43,435 bases of DNA from a virus (lineage: Duplodnaviria > Caudoviricetes), in the IMG/VR virus record IMGVR_UViG_3300033145_003435, positions 1-43,435 of that record. One strand, given 5' to 3'. A program made the position numbers and the translations under genes. Below the pieces are notes generated by a model that saw only the letters and a list, made by a program, of their open reading frames with translations, was not told the origin of the DNA and did no database searches. The first letter of the stretch is position 1; each line of letters starts with the position of its first letter. This document shows, piece by piece, positions 8,824 through 16,717 of this stretch.

Positions 8824-8889
8824 AACATCAATTTTTTGTCCAAAATCCACTTATAATATTAGTGGCAAAAGTACATTATGCCATTAAAT

Positions 8890-8918
8890 ACAGGATTTGC
8901 CTCCTTATTGTTGAATTT
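8890..8918 (+). promoter_or_regulatory. sigma-H-like promoter of peptide 1
   Basis: ACAGGATTT-N11-GTTGAATTT fits B. subtilis sigma-H consensus AGGA...GAAT. Confidence 0.65.
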
Positions 8919-8961
8919 AGTAAATATCCGTCTGAATTTTTTCTGAGAGGAGGTGTAATCC

Positions 8962-9108
8962 ATGAATAAGGAAAAACCATCCAATGATAAATCTCAACCA
9001 AAAATAATTTCCCCGAAACCAAGGATAATACATGAGGAAAGAGGAGGAACACAACCCTCTATTGCTCCCAACAGAGGATCAGGCGTTACTCCCCCTTCTA
9101 AAAAATAG
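8962..9108 (+). CDS. Pro/Lys-rich peptide 1 (48 aa)
   Basis: AGGAGGTG RBS; MNKEKPSNDKSQPKIISPKPRIIHEERGGTQPSIAPNRGSGVTPPSKK. Confidence 0.8.
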   Translation: MNKEKPSNDKSQPKIISPKPRIIHEERGGTQPSIAPNRGSGVTPPSKK

Positions 9109-9110
9109 TT

Positions 9111-9797
9111 CTATAAACCCATTTCATCTAATTTAGCCAAATATTCAGACGTATCGTAAATTTTAATCAGCGTGTTACTATCTAAATGGTAGTACACGCT
9201 TTTTACTTTATCTAGATATTCATCCCAATTCTCTACTACGTCCAAGTGATCAAGGGTTAATTCTTTTGGTTCATCCCCCAAAGAAAAGTCCCTCAAAAAT
9301 CCTTTAACAGATGTACCATCGCTTTTTATTATTTCGATAACTGGTTGCTCTCTGTTATAAAAGCACTTATCCCATGGTGATATTGCTCCTAACATATCTG
9401 CTTTCCCTTGTGATTTTCTTAACCAGTTAAAAAACCGATAAAATATCGCCCCCTCTTTCCTTTGCCCCGCTATAATATATCCACTTGCTACTCCAATAAA
9501 TAAACTAATAATTACATAAAGAATAACAAATCTTAGTGACTGTAACTTAATTGCAATAAATACTAAAGAATTAAGGTCCCAAATACTGGTTAACTTTAAT
9601 AGAACTAATATTTTATTTATCCCCCACAAAGAAAACCAGGTAAATGTAAAAGTAGGAATATTAAATGCTAATGCCTTGAATATCCATTCATAACTGGAAT
9701 TATTTTTAGTAAACGATCCAGAAATATTTTTATCAACATACATAGCAACTAACCCAGGCATTAGCATTAATAAAATAACAATTGCTTCCTGCCCCAA
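9111..9797 (-). CDS. DUF6338-like membrane protein 1 (~3 TM plus C-terminal beta-rich domain)
   Basis: LMPGL N-terminal motif, SPWD, VIEIIKSDGTSVKG; TTG start 9797 chosen from RBS and paralogue length. Confidence 0.7.
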   Translation of the reverse strand: MGQEAIVILLMLMPGLVAMYVDKNISGSFTKNNSSYEWIFKALAFNIPTFTFTWFSLWGINKILVLLKLTSIWDLNSLVFIAIKLQSLRFVILYVIISLFIGVASGYIIAGQRKEGAIFYRFFNWLRKSQGKADMLGAISPWDKCFYNREQPVIEIIKSDGTSVKGFLRDFSLGDEPKELTLDHLDVVENWDEYLDKVKSVYYHLDSNTLIKIYDTSEYLAKLDEMGL

Positions 9798-9821
9798 AAC
9801 AAACACCTTCTTCCTGTATAT

Positions 9822-9850
9822 AATTTCACCAATAACAAAGTATTTCCTGC
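9822..9850 (-). promoter_or_regulatory. sigma-H-like promoter of membrane protein 1
   Basis: GCAGGAAAT-N11-GGTGAAATT. Confidence 0.5.
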
Positions 9851-9938
9851 CACTCCCCATAATAGTTAAGACCACGTTTAGAATCCCAATCGCTTGGTAA
9901 TTTCTGATTTTCACTTGACATATTGATGTTAAATTGTA

Positions 9939-9970
9939 AAAACGCTTGACCTAATCTAGTCAAGCGTTTT
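9939..9970. terminator. bidirectional terminator between the two cassettes
   Basis: AAAACGCTTGAC-N8-GTCAAGCGTTTT, 12-bp perfect inverted repeat. Confidence 0.8.
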
Positions 9971-10014
9971 ATATTTTAGCCGGAATTTTGTCAAGTATGC
10001 TTGCTGCGCATAAT

Positions 10015-10043
10015 ACAGGATTTACCTCCTTATTGTAGAATTT
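10015..10043 (+). promoter_or_regulatory. sigma-H-like promoter of peptides 2 and 3
   Basis: ACAGGATTT-N11-GTAGAATTT. Confidence 0.65.
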
Positions 10044-10088
10044 AGTAAATAGTTATATAAATTATTTTTCCGAGAGGAGGTGCAATCC

Positions 10089-10244
10089 ATGAATAAGGAA
10101 AAACCATCCAATGATAAATCTCAACCAAAAATAATTCCTCCTTCTCCTCCTTCAAAGGGCAGTGAAGGGCAAAAGTGGGAAATTTTTTCTCTCGATTCCC
10201 CATCATTTAAGGACAAATCCGAAACCCCTAAAGGGGGCGAATAG
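10089..10244 (+). CDS. Pro/Lys-rich peptide 2 (51 aa)
   Basis: AGGAGGTG RBS; MNKEKPSNDKSQPKIIPPSPPSKGSEGQKWEIFSLDSPSFKDKSETPKGGE. Confidence 0.8.
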   Translation: MNKEKPSNDKSQPKIIPPSPPSKGSEGQKWEIFSLDSPSFKDKSETPKGGE

Positions 10245-10273
10245 AGAATTAATCCAGAAAGGAGTGCGTTTTT

Positions 10274-10393
10274 ATGACAGACCAAAAACAACCAACAAGT
10301 AATACCGGGCAAACCGGAAGAAAAAATATTAATGATTCCGTTGATTCCCCTGGATTACGGAGAAAACCAGATAATCCACCGCCGAAGAAATGA
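10274..10393 (+). CDS. Pro/Lys-rich peptide 3 (39 aa)
   Basis: AAAGGAG RBS; MTDQKQPTSNTGQTGRKNINDSVDSPGLRRKPDNPPPKK. Confidence 0.75.
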   Translation: MTDQKQPTSNTGQTGRKNINDSVDSPGLRRKPDNPPPKK

Positions 10394-11089
10394 TTAACTT
10401 TCATTAAGCATACCTTCGGCGCTCATTGCTTCATTAACTTTGTCTGGATCAAACAGTCGTACCACAACTCCAGATCGTGTATCTGTGTATACTTTTATTA
10501 CTGGAACTTTGTAATTCTTAACTATCGTTGTACAATCTTCAATATCATCAAGAACCAAATTGCGTTCCGGTTCTGACGGCCGGGACGCTTTTCTTATACA
10601 TCCAATAATCTCTTTTTGAGGATCACCCAGTTTACTTATGCCAACTACCTTTACGCCATAAGGAACAATAAACTCAGCCCAAACTGTTGTCATTTTGGAA
10701 AACCTCGATAAATTTCGTTTTCCTCTCACCCCGTTCACTAATGCTAAAAACTTATCATAAATTTTCCCAGTCACAACATAGGCAATTAAAAAACTTGTGA
10801 TTGATGAAATTAGCAAGTACCCCACCAAAAAACGGATGTTATCTGTATAGTTTTGGATTTGACTTAAATCACTTATGTAAGTTAACTTGTATACCTTATG
10901 GTTTATAAACGCCACTAAGTTATAAAGAAACAAATTCAAAACAGTTACTGGTACCCACAATAAAACGCTTATTGCTGTCATCTCGTAAAAATTGTGTTTT
11001 TCTGATGGTTCAACCCCAAAAGCCTTCATCCAATAATAGGCTAGTAATCCGGGTAAAACAAAAACAAGTGTTGCTAAAAAGTTCTCCAC
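10394..11089 (-). CDS. DUF6338-like membrane protein 2, distant paralogue of 9111-9797
   Basis: VLPGL, YE, N..R, TVW, EP..L.LD, VY motifs shared in the same order; AAGGAG RBS. Confidence 0.75.
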   Translation of the reverse strand: MENFLATLVFVLPGLLAYYWMKAFGVEPSEKHNFYEMTAISVLLWVPVTVLNLFLYNLVAFINHKVYKLTYISDLSQIQNYTDNIRFLVGYLLISSITSFLIAYVVTGKIYDKFLALVNGVRGKRNLSRFSKMTTVWAEFIVPYGVKVVGISKLGDPQKEIIGCIRKASRPSEPERNLVLDDIEDCTTIVKNYKVPVIKVYTDTRSGVVVRLFDPDKVNEAMSAEGMLNES

Positions 11090-11109
11090 ATTCTCACTCC
11101 TTTATATAT

Positions 11110-11138
11110 AATTTCAATGTGCATCCTTTTTTCCCTGC
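11110..11138 (-). promoter_or_regulatory. sigma-H-like promoter of membrane protein 2
   Basis: GCAGGGAAA-N11-ATTGAAATT. Confidence 0.45.
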
Positions 11139-11181
11139 TGGTAATCATCAACTTAATTATACTTGACCAGGCAGAAAGTTT

Positions 11182-11209
11182 GCTGCGCATAATAGTCCTA
11201 CTGCGACAT
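11182..11209. repeat. dif-like 11-6-11 site
   Basis: GCTGCGCATAA-TAGTCC-TACTGCGACAT; TTGCTGCGCATAATA also occurs at 10001-10015. Confidence 0.6.
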
Positions 11210-11248
11210 TAATTTCTTGTTCAACTATCGCTATTTCCGTTAGTTAAA

Positions 11249-11473
11249 TTACGCAGAAATTTTTCCTTCGCTAACTAAATAGTCAAAAAACAATTTTAAC
11301 CCTTCGCTGTTAGTTGCATTTTTCATTTCCATCGCTGTGGAAAATTGTCCAAAATTTTCTTGAAGATAATTTACCGATATAGTGCCTTCCACCCATTCAT
11401 TATTAATTTTACCCGCATAAGGACAATAAGTTTCACTATTTGAGTATTCTAGTAATTCCTCAAAATTCGTCAT
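11249..11473 (-). CDS. hypothetical protein (tail-tip region)
   Basis: 74-aa ORF coupled to upstream gene. Confidence 0.65.
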   Translation of the reverse strand: MTNFEELLEYSNSETYCPYAGKINNEWVEGTISVNYLQENFGQFSTAMEMKNATNSEGLKLFFDYLVSEGKISA

Positions 11474-11474
11474 T

Positions 11475-11927
11475 TTAAAATGCTCCTTTCTTAATTAAAA
11501 TAACTTCATAAGTATGATCAACTGCGCCTTCATTTTTAAGGTAAAACATACATTCTTTGTTAACTACATCCTCCATTTTTGTGGCACTCCGAAAATTAAA
11601 CATAGTTGTAGTATCGTTTATTAATGCGATTTGTATATATAGAGCACTTATTCCCCCTAGGGGGTCACTGAAAGGAGAATAATACAATTTAATACCTTGC
11701 CCCCCTTCACCGTTTCCCGTATCTATTCTTCGAACCCGTAAAGCGATACTTTTACAATCTGAAATATCAGTTTTTGTATCTTTTATTAATGAAGTTGCTC
11801 CAGCTGTAATAGAAACCGTTGCTGCAATTTCAGTCTCCGTTATTACTGGCACATTACTTCCCGATAGTTCAGTACGAATTGCTTTTGTTCCACCTGATAA
11901 CAAATCACTTAAATTAAATAAAGACAT
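11475..11927 (-). CDS. hypothetical tail-associated protein
   Basis: 150 aa, beta-rich, AAGGAGG RBS. Confidence 0.65.
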   Translation of the reverse strand: MSLFNLSDLLSGGTKAIRTELSGSNVPVITETEIAATVSITAGATSLIKDTKTDISDCKSIALRVRRIDTGNGEGGQGIKLYYSPFSDPLGGISALYIQIALINDTTTMFNFRSATKMEDVVNKECMFYLKNEGAVDHTYEVILIKKGAF

Positions 11928-11939
11928 TTTATCCCTCCT

Positions 11940-12278
11940 TTAAAAAACATTATTTTCAGTTAAAGTACCTGCAATCGACGTTTTTTTATCACTTCCAATT
12001 CGCATTAACCCCAAACCATTATTCTGCGTTAACTGTGGAGTAATTAAGTTGCCATGTTCGTCAACTCGCAAATCAGTAACCGTTATACTGCTCTTAGTTA
12101 AATCAAATAAATAAGTAGTTAATAAATCAAATTCTCCCGCCTCATCAAATTGGTGTGTATCATCTAATTGGTATGTATCGTCTATTTGTTCCGCATCATC
12201 ATAAGATGGTTCTTGCGTATAAAGATTCCCTGCAATTTTAAGATTATGGCTACCATCTATTCTTGCCACTATGCTCAA
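11940..12278 (-). CDS. hypothetical tail-associated protein
   Basis: 112 aa with QIDDTY/QLDDTH/QFDE repeats. Confidence 0.65.
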   Translation of the reverse strand: MSIVARIDGSHNLKIAGNLYTQEPSYDDAEQIDDTYQLDDTHQFDEAGEFDLLTTYLFDLTKSSITVTDLRVDEHGNLITPQLTQNNGLGLMRIGSDKKTSIAGTLTENNVF

Positions 12279-12289
12279 AGCCTCACCCC

Positions 12290-12883
12290 CTATGCTGTAT
12301 AAGTAATATCTAAAGAGTTTTGACTTGAATTATATGCAAGTTTAAATTTACTCCCTAGACTTACACCGCTAGCGTTCGACATTGTTAAATCACCTGTCAT
12401 TGTCGCACCTACTAAATTCGCTTTTTTATCTAATTCAACTTTTAACCCTGCTGGGTGGACTGCTCTTGTGCCATCTGTACCAGTTGTAGTTTCTGCCGCG
12501 GTTGCTAATTCAACGTGACCTGCTTGTGCTTCTGACGCTTCATCAGCCTTATGCGACACAAGATCGTTTATCCAACGACCAGAACCAGTAGTGGGCTGCA
12601 CAATCGAATTATCGTCTGCTGCTAATATGCTGGTGCTGTCAAACCTGTAAAAACCAAGGCTTTTTACTATTATTGTGATATTGTCTGGCGTATTTGTTGT
12701 ATTTATAGCCTTTAATGCTGTAAGGTCCGCGACTGCACCGAGAGCTATTTTTTGGAGGTCACCAATTTCGGTATCAATAATATCCCAGTTATCGTTAAGC
12801 ATTGTATCAATATTAAAGGTATCATTCCCGTCAGCAGTAGGGTCCTTTTTATATAATGCTATATTAGGTGTATTGCTTGCCAA
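12290..12883 (-). CDS. short tail fibre protein
   Basis: MASNTPN..LYKKDP..DGNDTFNI..MLNDNWD N-terminus after the baseplate genes; GHVELATAAE...AVHPAGLK fibre repeat. Confidence 0.75.
   Translation of the reverse strand: MASNTPNIALYKKDPTADGNDTFNIDTMLNDNWDIIDTEIGDLQKIALGAVADLTALKAINTTNTPDNITIIVKSLGFYRFDSTSILAADDNSIVQPTTGSGRWINDLVSHKADEASEAQAGHVELATAAETTTGTDGTRAVHPAGLKVELDKKANLVGATMTGDLTMSNASGVSLGSKFKLAYNSSQNSLDITYTA
12532..12559. repeat. dif-like 11-6-11 site inside tail fibre gene
   Basis: CTGACGCTTCA-TCAGCC-TTATGCGACAC, encodes VSHKADEAS on the minus strand. Confidence 0.55.
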
Positions 12884-12894
12884 CTTAACCCCTC

Positions 12895-13452
12895 CTAAAG
12901 CACCGGTTCAAACGGTGCAAAGTCCGTCAACTGGTGCATTTCCATGTCATTTAGTGTTATGGTGTTGTGGATCTCATTAATTAATAGGTATTTATACTCG
13001 TATTGAACTGCCAGGTGAGCTGGTTTGATGTCCTCTATAGCATCCATCAAATCTTGTAGGTTTGGTGGTGCGCCTAAGGCATCTATAAACTTGACAATAA
13101 AACTATAGCTCGCTGTATCTTCGATAACCTCGACAGTGCCGTAAACATACGATTCAGCTACATTTTTTATTAAATTTACGGTTAAAGTACCAATACCTCT
13201 GATCTTGGATATAATCCTACTCCGCCGTTGACTCAAAGGTTTTCCAGCATACGAACTTAAACCTAACATTTGTTCCCATAAGGTCAGCCCTATCTCAGTG
13301 GCCGTCTCCACGTAGAACTGGTTTAAAATATCCCGAATACCGGCTCGGACATCATCAGATTCTTCCCCCTCAGCATTCAAAATAGATAAAATCACATTAC
13401 TATTTCGTAAAAATACCGGTATGTAAGTTTTCATTACATCATATCTACTCAC
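12895..13452 (-). CDS. YmfQ/XkdU-like baseplate protein
   Basis: QFYVETAT..GL.LWE...RRSRI...IKPAHL. Confidence 0.85.
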   Translation of the reverse strand: MSRYDVMKTYIPVFLRNSNVILSILNAEGEESDDVRAGIRDILNQFYVETATEIGLTLWEQMLGLSSYAGKPLSQRRSRIISKIRGIGTLTVNLIKNVAESYVYGTVEVIEDTASYSFIVKFIDALGAPPNLQDLMDAIEDIKPAHLAVQYEYKYLLINEIHNTITLNDMEMHQLTDFAPFEPVL

Positions 13453-14491
13453 CCAAGCTCACCGTCCCAACTATAGCCACCTCTGTATCATCTATAGTCA
13501 CATTTGCGGTACCTAAATTAAGGGTTAAGCCTGTATAATCCAGCACACCACTTGTATCCAACAGCAGGCTGCCAACCTGAGCATAGCTTACATAATCCTG
13601 TTCAAAAGCTATCCCCTGCAAATATGATTCCAGGGATACTTCAAAGGCGGTCTGTACATCGGCCAGGATAGCTTCAGTAGCAAGGGTCACCGTTGCACTC
13701 ACATCTATATCCAACCCGCTTGCACTCGCTACCGTTACCGTTGCACCTATAGGACGTACATCATCTATATAACCTGACACATCTGTAACAACTTCGCTGC
13801 TTGCTGGCTGTTTATCGGTATCGATTATTACCACTTTTACGGTTCCGGCACCATTCCATATAGGAAATACCTTTGCATCCCCTATACCTGATACCTCTTT
13901 GGCCCACTGTTTATAGTGAGCACTGTTACCGCTTGTGGCTGGTTCACGGACTGCTTCAAGTAGTCTCTCTAGGAGTGCTGCATCTGTTTCCTGATCTGTA
14001 CCTCCAGTAGTTGGAGCAGCATTTGTAACTGCAGTTACCCCAGCAATCGATACTGGAATATGAGTTATGGCTGCAGTTGGTACATTGCCGCTGGATCCAG
14101 TAGATACTGCCTCCACTATAGCATCTACTTGGCCAGTCTCATCAATAGATATCTCTACAGTCGTTTCAAACTGCACTCCTGCACCAGTAGAAAAGAGTGA
14201 ACCATCTGCTATAACAGCCCCTTCGCTACCTGTTATAGTTACCTGTCCAGTGGCTTTAGTAGCTACCTTCCGGGTCAATCCATGCTCACCGGCTCGATAA
14301 TCAAGGTACTGGCCATATGTAGTCTGCGCAAATCCATACTGCAATACTAGGTCCATCTGTATATATGCTTGAGCCAGTTCAAGAGCAGCAGGAGCAAGAG
14401 CGTCATAAAAAAAAGACCCCTCAGACTTGTCATATTCGTCAGGGATCTGCGACAGCATTCTTTGTAATATCTCTTCTTTTGTTTCAGCCAT
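13445..14491 (-). CDS. baseplate J/XkdT-like protein
   Basis: EGSFFYDAL, GQYLD, GGTDQETD, SGN..HY..WA. Confidence 0.9.
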   Translation of the reverse strand: MAETKEEILQRMLSQIPDEYDKSEGSFFYDALAPAALELAQAYIQMDLVLQYGFAQTTYGQYLDYRAGEHGLTRKVATKATGQVTITGSEGAVIADGSLFSTGAGVQFETTVEISIDETGQVDAIVEAVSTGSSGNVPTAAITHIPVSIAGVTAVTNAAPTTGGTDQETDAALLERLLEAVREPATSGNSAHYKQWAKEVSGIGDAKVFPIWNGAGTVKVVIIDTDKQPASSEVVTDVSGYIDDVRPIGATVTVASASGLDIDVSATVTLATEAILADVQTAFEVSLESYLQGIAFEQDYVSYAQVGSLLLDTSGVLDYTGLTLNLGTANVTIDDTEVAIVGTVSLGE

Positions 14492-14492
14492 T

Positions 14493-14945
14493 TTAGAATA
14501 TTACCTCCTGGTCAATAGTTCGGTTATCTTTTAATATGGTTGTGAAACATATCTTTGAAGTAGCAATTTCTTGGCTTGCTCTAAAGTTTTCGATTCTTGA
14601 TATTTCAGGATGCTTTAACATTGTTTCGGTTATTTCTCTTTTAAGCTCAGACTGAATAAAACCTACCGGGTATCTTTTCCCCATTATCAGTTTTTTTATA
14701 GTTACTCCATATTCATCTTCATTGGTATTGTCTTTTTCGTAAATTTTAAACTTGAATTTATCAGTTCGCAGTACCTTTTCAACCCATATTTTAACCGCCT
14801 CAACATCTCCGACCTTTACCATTTTTCCATCCTGTAAAACAAACTCATTTTTCTTAAAGTCAAACAGAAAACTTATACCTAATGTTTGTTTTTCTTCTTT
14901 CGTTATTTCAGAAGATACGGTATCTAAATCTAAGCTAGGAAACAT
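14493..14945 (-). CDS. XkdS-like baseplate wedge protein
   Basis: FDFK..EF...DG, AVKIWV.K.LRT, YG, SELKREI.E. Confidence 0.8.
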   Translation of the reverse strand: MFPSLDLDTVSSEITKEEKQTLGISFLFDFKKNEFVLQDGKMVKVGDVEAVKIWVEKVLRTDKFKFKIYEKDNTNEDEYGVTIKKLIMGKRYPVGFIQSELKREITETMLKHPEISRIENFRASQEIATSKICFTTILKDNRTIDQEVIF

Positions 14946-14956
14946 GCCATCACCCC

Positions 14957-15280
14957 TTAGAGCTTAGTTATTCTATCTATGATAAACCAGGTTTGCTCAT
15001 CTGCTGTATGAATTAATAAAACGTCATCCCCTGTTTTGAGGGTGTCTGTTAGTTCGATGGTTCCTGCTGCGACCTCGGTTGTGTACTGCCTGGTATAACC
15101 CGATACAACATGATCACAGCAGTACAGTTGCTCTTTGTACAGAAGTATGTTTCCGTCAATTATACTAACCTGCAGATCAGGGGCTGCGGATACGACTTTC
15201 CCTACCACACTCCCTATAAGGGCTTTGTTTTCTCTCTCCTTAAACAACTTGGCCAGTTCTGTATCCCATTTGCCTGGCAT
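14957..15280 (-). CDS. XkdR-like baseplate spike protein
   Basis: GKVVS..P.L, LKTGD.VLL, FIIDRI. Confidence 0.8.
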   Translation of the reverse strand: MPGKWDTELAKLFKERENKALIGSVVGKVVSAAPDLQVSIIDGNILLYKEQLYCCDHVVSGYTRQYTTEVAAGTIELTDTLKTGDDVLLIHTADEQTWFIIDRITKL

Positions 15281-16281
15281 TACACCACCTCCTCTACACC
15301 CAAGGACATTTTATGAATCGAATTGTTATAAGTGTGCGTGCATTCCTTAACTAAATAATTTCCGCTAAGCCCGAAGATACCATTGTTGATGGTTAATATC
15401 CGGGCGCTTCTTACTGCATCATCCCCTAATAACTCTATGCTGATATCCTGCTGCACTTTGTTAAGCTCAGCCAGCTTGTTATTTGCTATGTTACTGGCCT
15501 GCGAAAAATCCGCATCGTCGATGCTCTCCACATCTTGCAGCAATCCGTATTTTGCAATACTGGCCTCATCCGTAACTGCAGTTACTATCCTGGAGCTTTG
15601 TTCGTCGCCAGAAGTGATCTGTATGCTGTTACGCAGGGCCTGTATGCTCTCTTTTTTGTTTATGCTGCCTATGGCATCCGTAATATTAAAGGCAGCTAAG
15701 TTCGGGGCAGGCTGAAACGTAGCCGTTACAACCAAATCCACATAGCTCTCTATGTGCAACTTGCCAGCTCTCATTTCTAGCCTGTATTTTACGCCGAGTT
15801 CATTAGTGGCTTGATTTAACAAATCCTTGATAATTTCTGCAATGGTTTTATCCTTATATATTTTAGTAATCTGAGTTGTTATACTCGTTATATTTCCTAC
15901 GGGTACGTTGAACTTGTTACACAGCTGCTTGACTGCATCCGTAGCTGATACCTTACGGAATTGAATAATTGTTTTTGACTGATTAAGATAAAAAGCATAA
16001 TCAAATGCAGTTATGCTTTTTTTGTATCTCTCCGTCGATAGATCTGTAATGATACCCCTAAATACTTCTGTTGAATTATTGGTGAGTATCACCTTGTCTC
16101 CTAGCTCTATCAAGTCATAATCAGCCAGGTATTTGTCTTCTATATTCCTTGCAGCATCAAAGGTTAATTCCATTCCTAAACTTTCTAAGCTGTCCCTCCA
16201 GGTTAAATTGGCGCTTAAAGCAGTAATATTTAATTTCTGGCCGGTGTTCTTAATGAGAAAAAGGGTGTACTTATCAATCAT
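15280..16281 (-). CDS. XkdQ-like baseplate hub protein
   Basis: ITAFD..YL, SIAKYGLLQ, H.MSL; position. Confidence 0.85.
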   Translation of the reverse strand: MIDKYTLFLIKNTGQKLNITALSANLTWRDSLESLGMELTFDAARNIEDKYLADYDLIELGDKVILTNNSTEVFRGIITDLSTERYKKSITAFDYAFYLNQSKTIIQFRKVSATDAVKQLCNKFNVPVGNITSITTQITKIYKDKTIAEIIKDLLNQATNELGVKYRLEMRAGKLHIESYVDLVVTATFQPAPNLAAFNITDAIGSINKKESIQALRNSIQITSGDEQSSRIVTAVTDEASIAKYGLLQDVESIDDADFSQASNIANNKLAELNKVQQDISIELLGDDAVRSARILTINNGIFGLSGNYLVKECTHTYNNSIHKMSLGVEEVV

Positions 16282-16283
16282 AA

Positions 16284-16703
16284 CTACACCACCTTTACGA
16301 ATCTATATTCTTTTAGCACCAGGCTATATCTTATGTCCCCGTTTCGCATAAGGCCGTAAGTGAAAGTATCGATTAAGCAGGCCATGTTGAGCCATTCTAA
16401 GTCGTCTTTTAAGCTCATCACAATGCGTATGGGGACCTTCGCTGCACGCCATTTATTTAAGAATTCTACATACGCCCATCCGTCGCTGTCGCTGCCTGCT
16501 TTAAGCCAGGCATAATCGTGCGTAGGGAATAGTGAACTAATAGATAAAGTTCTGAGCCCCATGTCCCCTATAAGATTTAGAACCCCCGCATTAATCGTTT
16601 GAAATTCTTCGTTGTTTTGTGGGTTTGTTAGGTCCGTATCCGCGGGGGCAATAGGAAACACCAGCACTTCTTCATTGTTGTTTGCGCTTATAACTATATT
16701 CAA
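16284..16703 (-). CDS. XkdP-like tail tube initiator (no LysM)
   Basis: SISSLFP, GDI.YSL.LKEYR. Confidence 0.75.
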   Translation of the reverse strand: MNIVISANNNEEVLVFPIAPADTDLTNPQNNEEFQTINAGVLNLIGDMGLRTLSISSLFPTHDYAWLKAGSDSDGWAYVEFLNKWRAAKVPIRIVMSLKDDLEWLNMACLIDTFTYGLMRNGDIRYSLVLKEYRFVKVV

Positions 16704-16717
16704 AAATCCACCCCCTC

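Larger units (their letters stand above)
8887..10136 (+). repeat. ~123-bp imperfect direct repeat, copies 8887-9009 and 10012-10136 (promoter, RBS, first 16 codons)
   Basis: AATACAGGATTTRCCTCCTTATTGTWGAATTTAGTAAATA...GAGAGGAGGTGYAATCCATGAATAAGGAAAAACCATCCAATGATAAATCTCAACCAAAAATAATT. Confidence 0.95.

Noticed and set aside
8863-8883. TGGCAAAA-GTACA-TTATGCCA as the left boundary site of cassette 1
   Set aside because: 5-bp spacer and GGCA core do not fit the family; could be a decayed site but cannot be supported
9798-9914. N-terminal extension of membrane protein 1 in the ORF track
   Set aside because: No RBS at 9914; the region holds the promoter-like motif; paralogue length supports 9797
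8887-10136. CRISPR array or DGR template/variable repeat
   Set aside because: Only two copies, no regular spacers, mismatches not adenine-specific, no cas or reverse transcriptase gene
10121-10312. Minus-strand 63-aa ORF
   Set aside because: Antisense to peptides 2 and 3, which have strong RBSs
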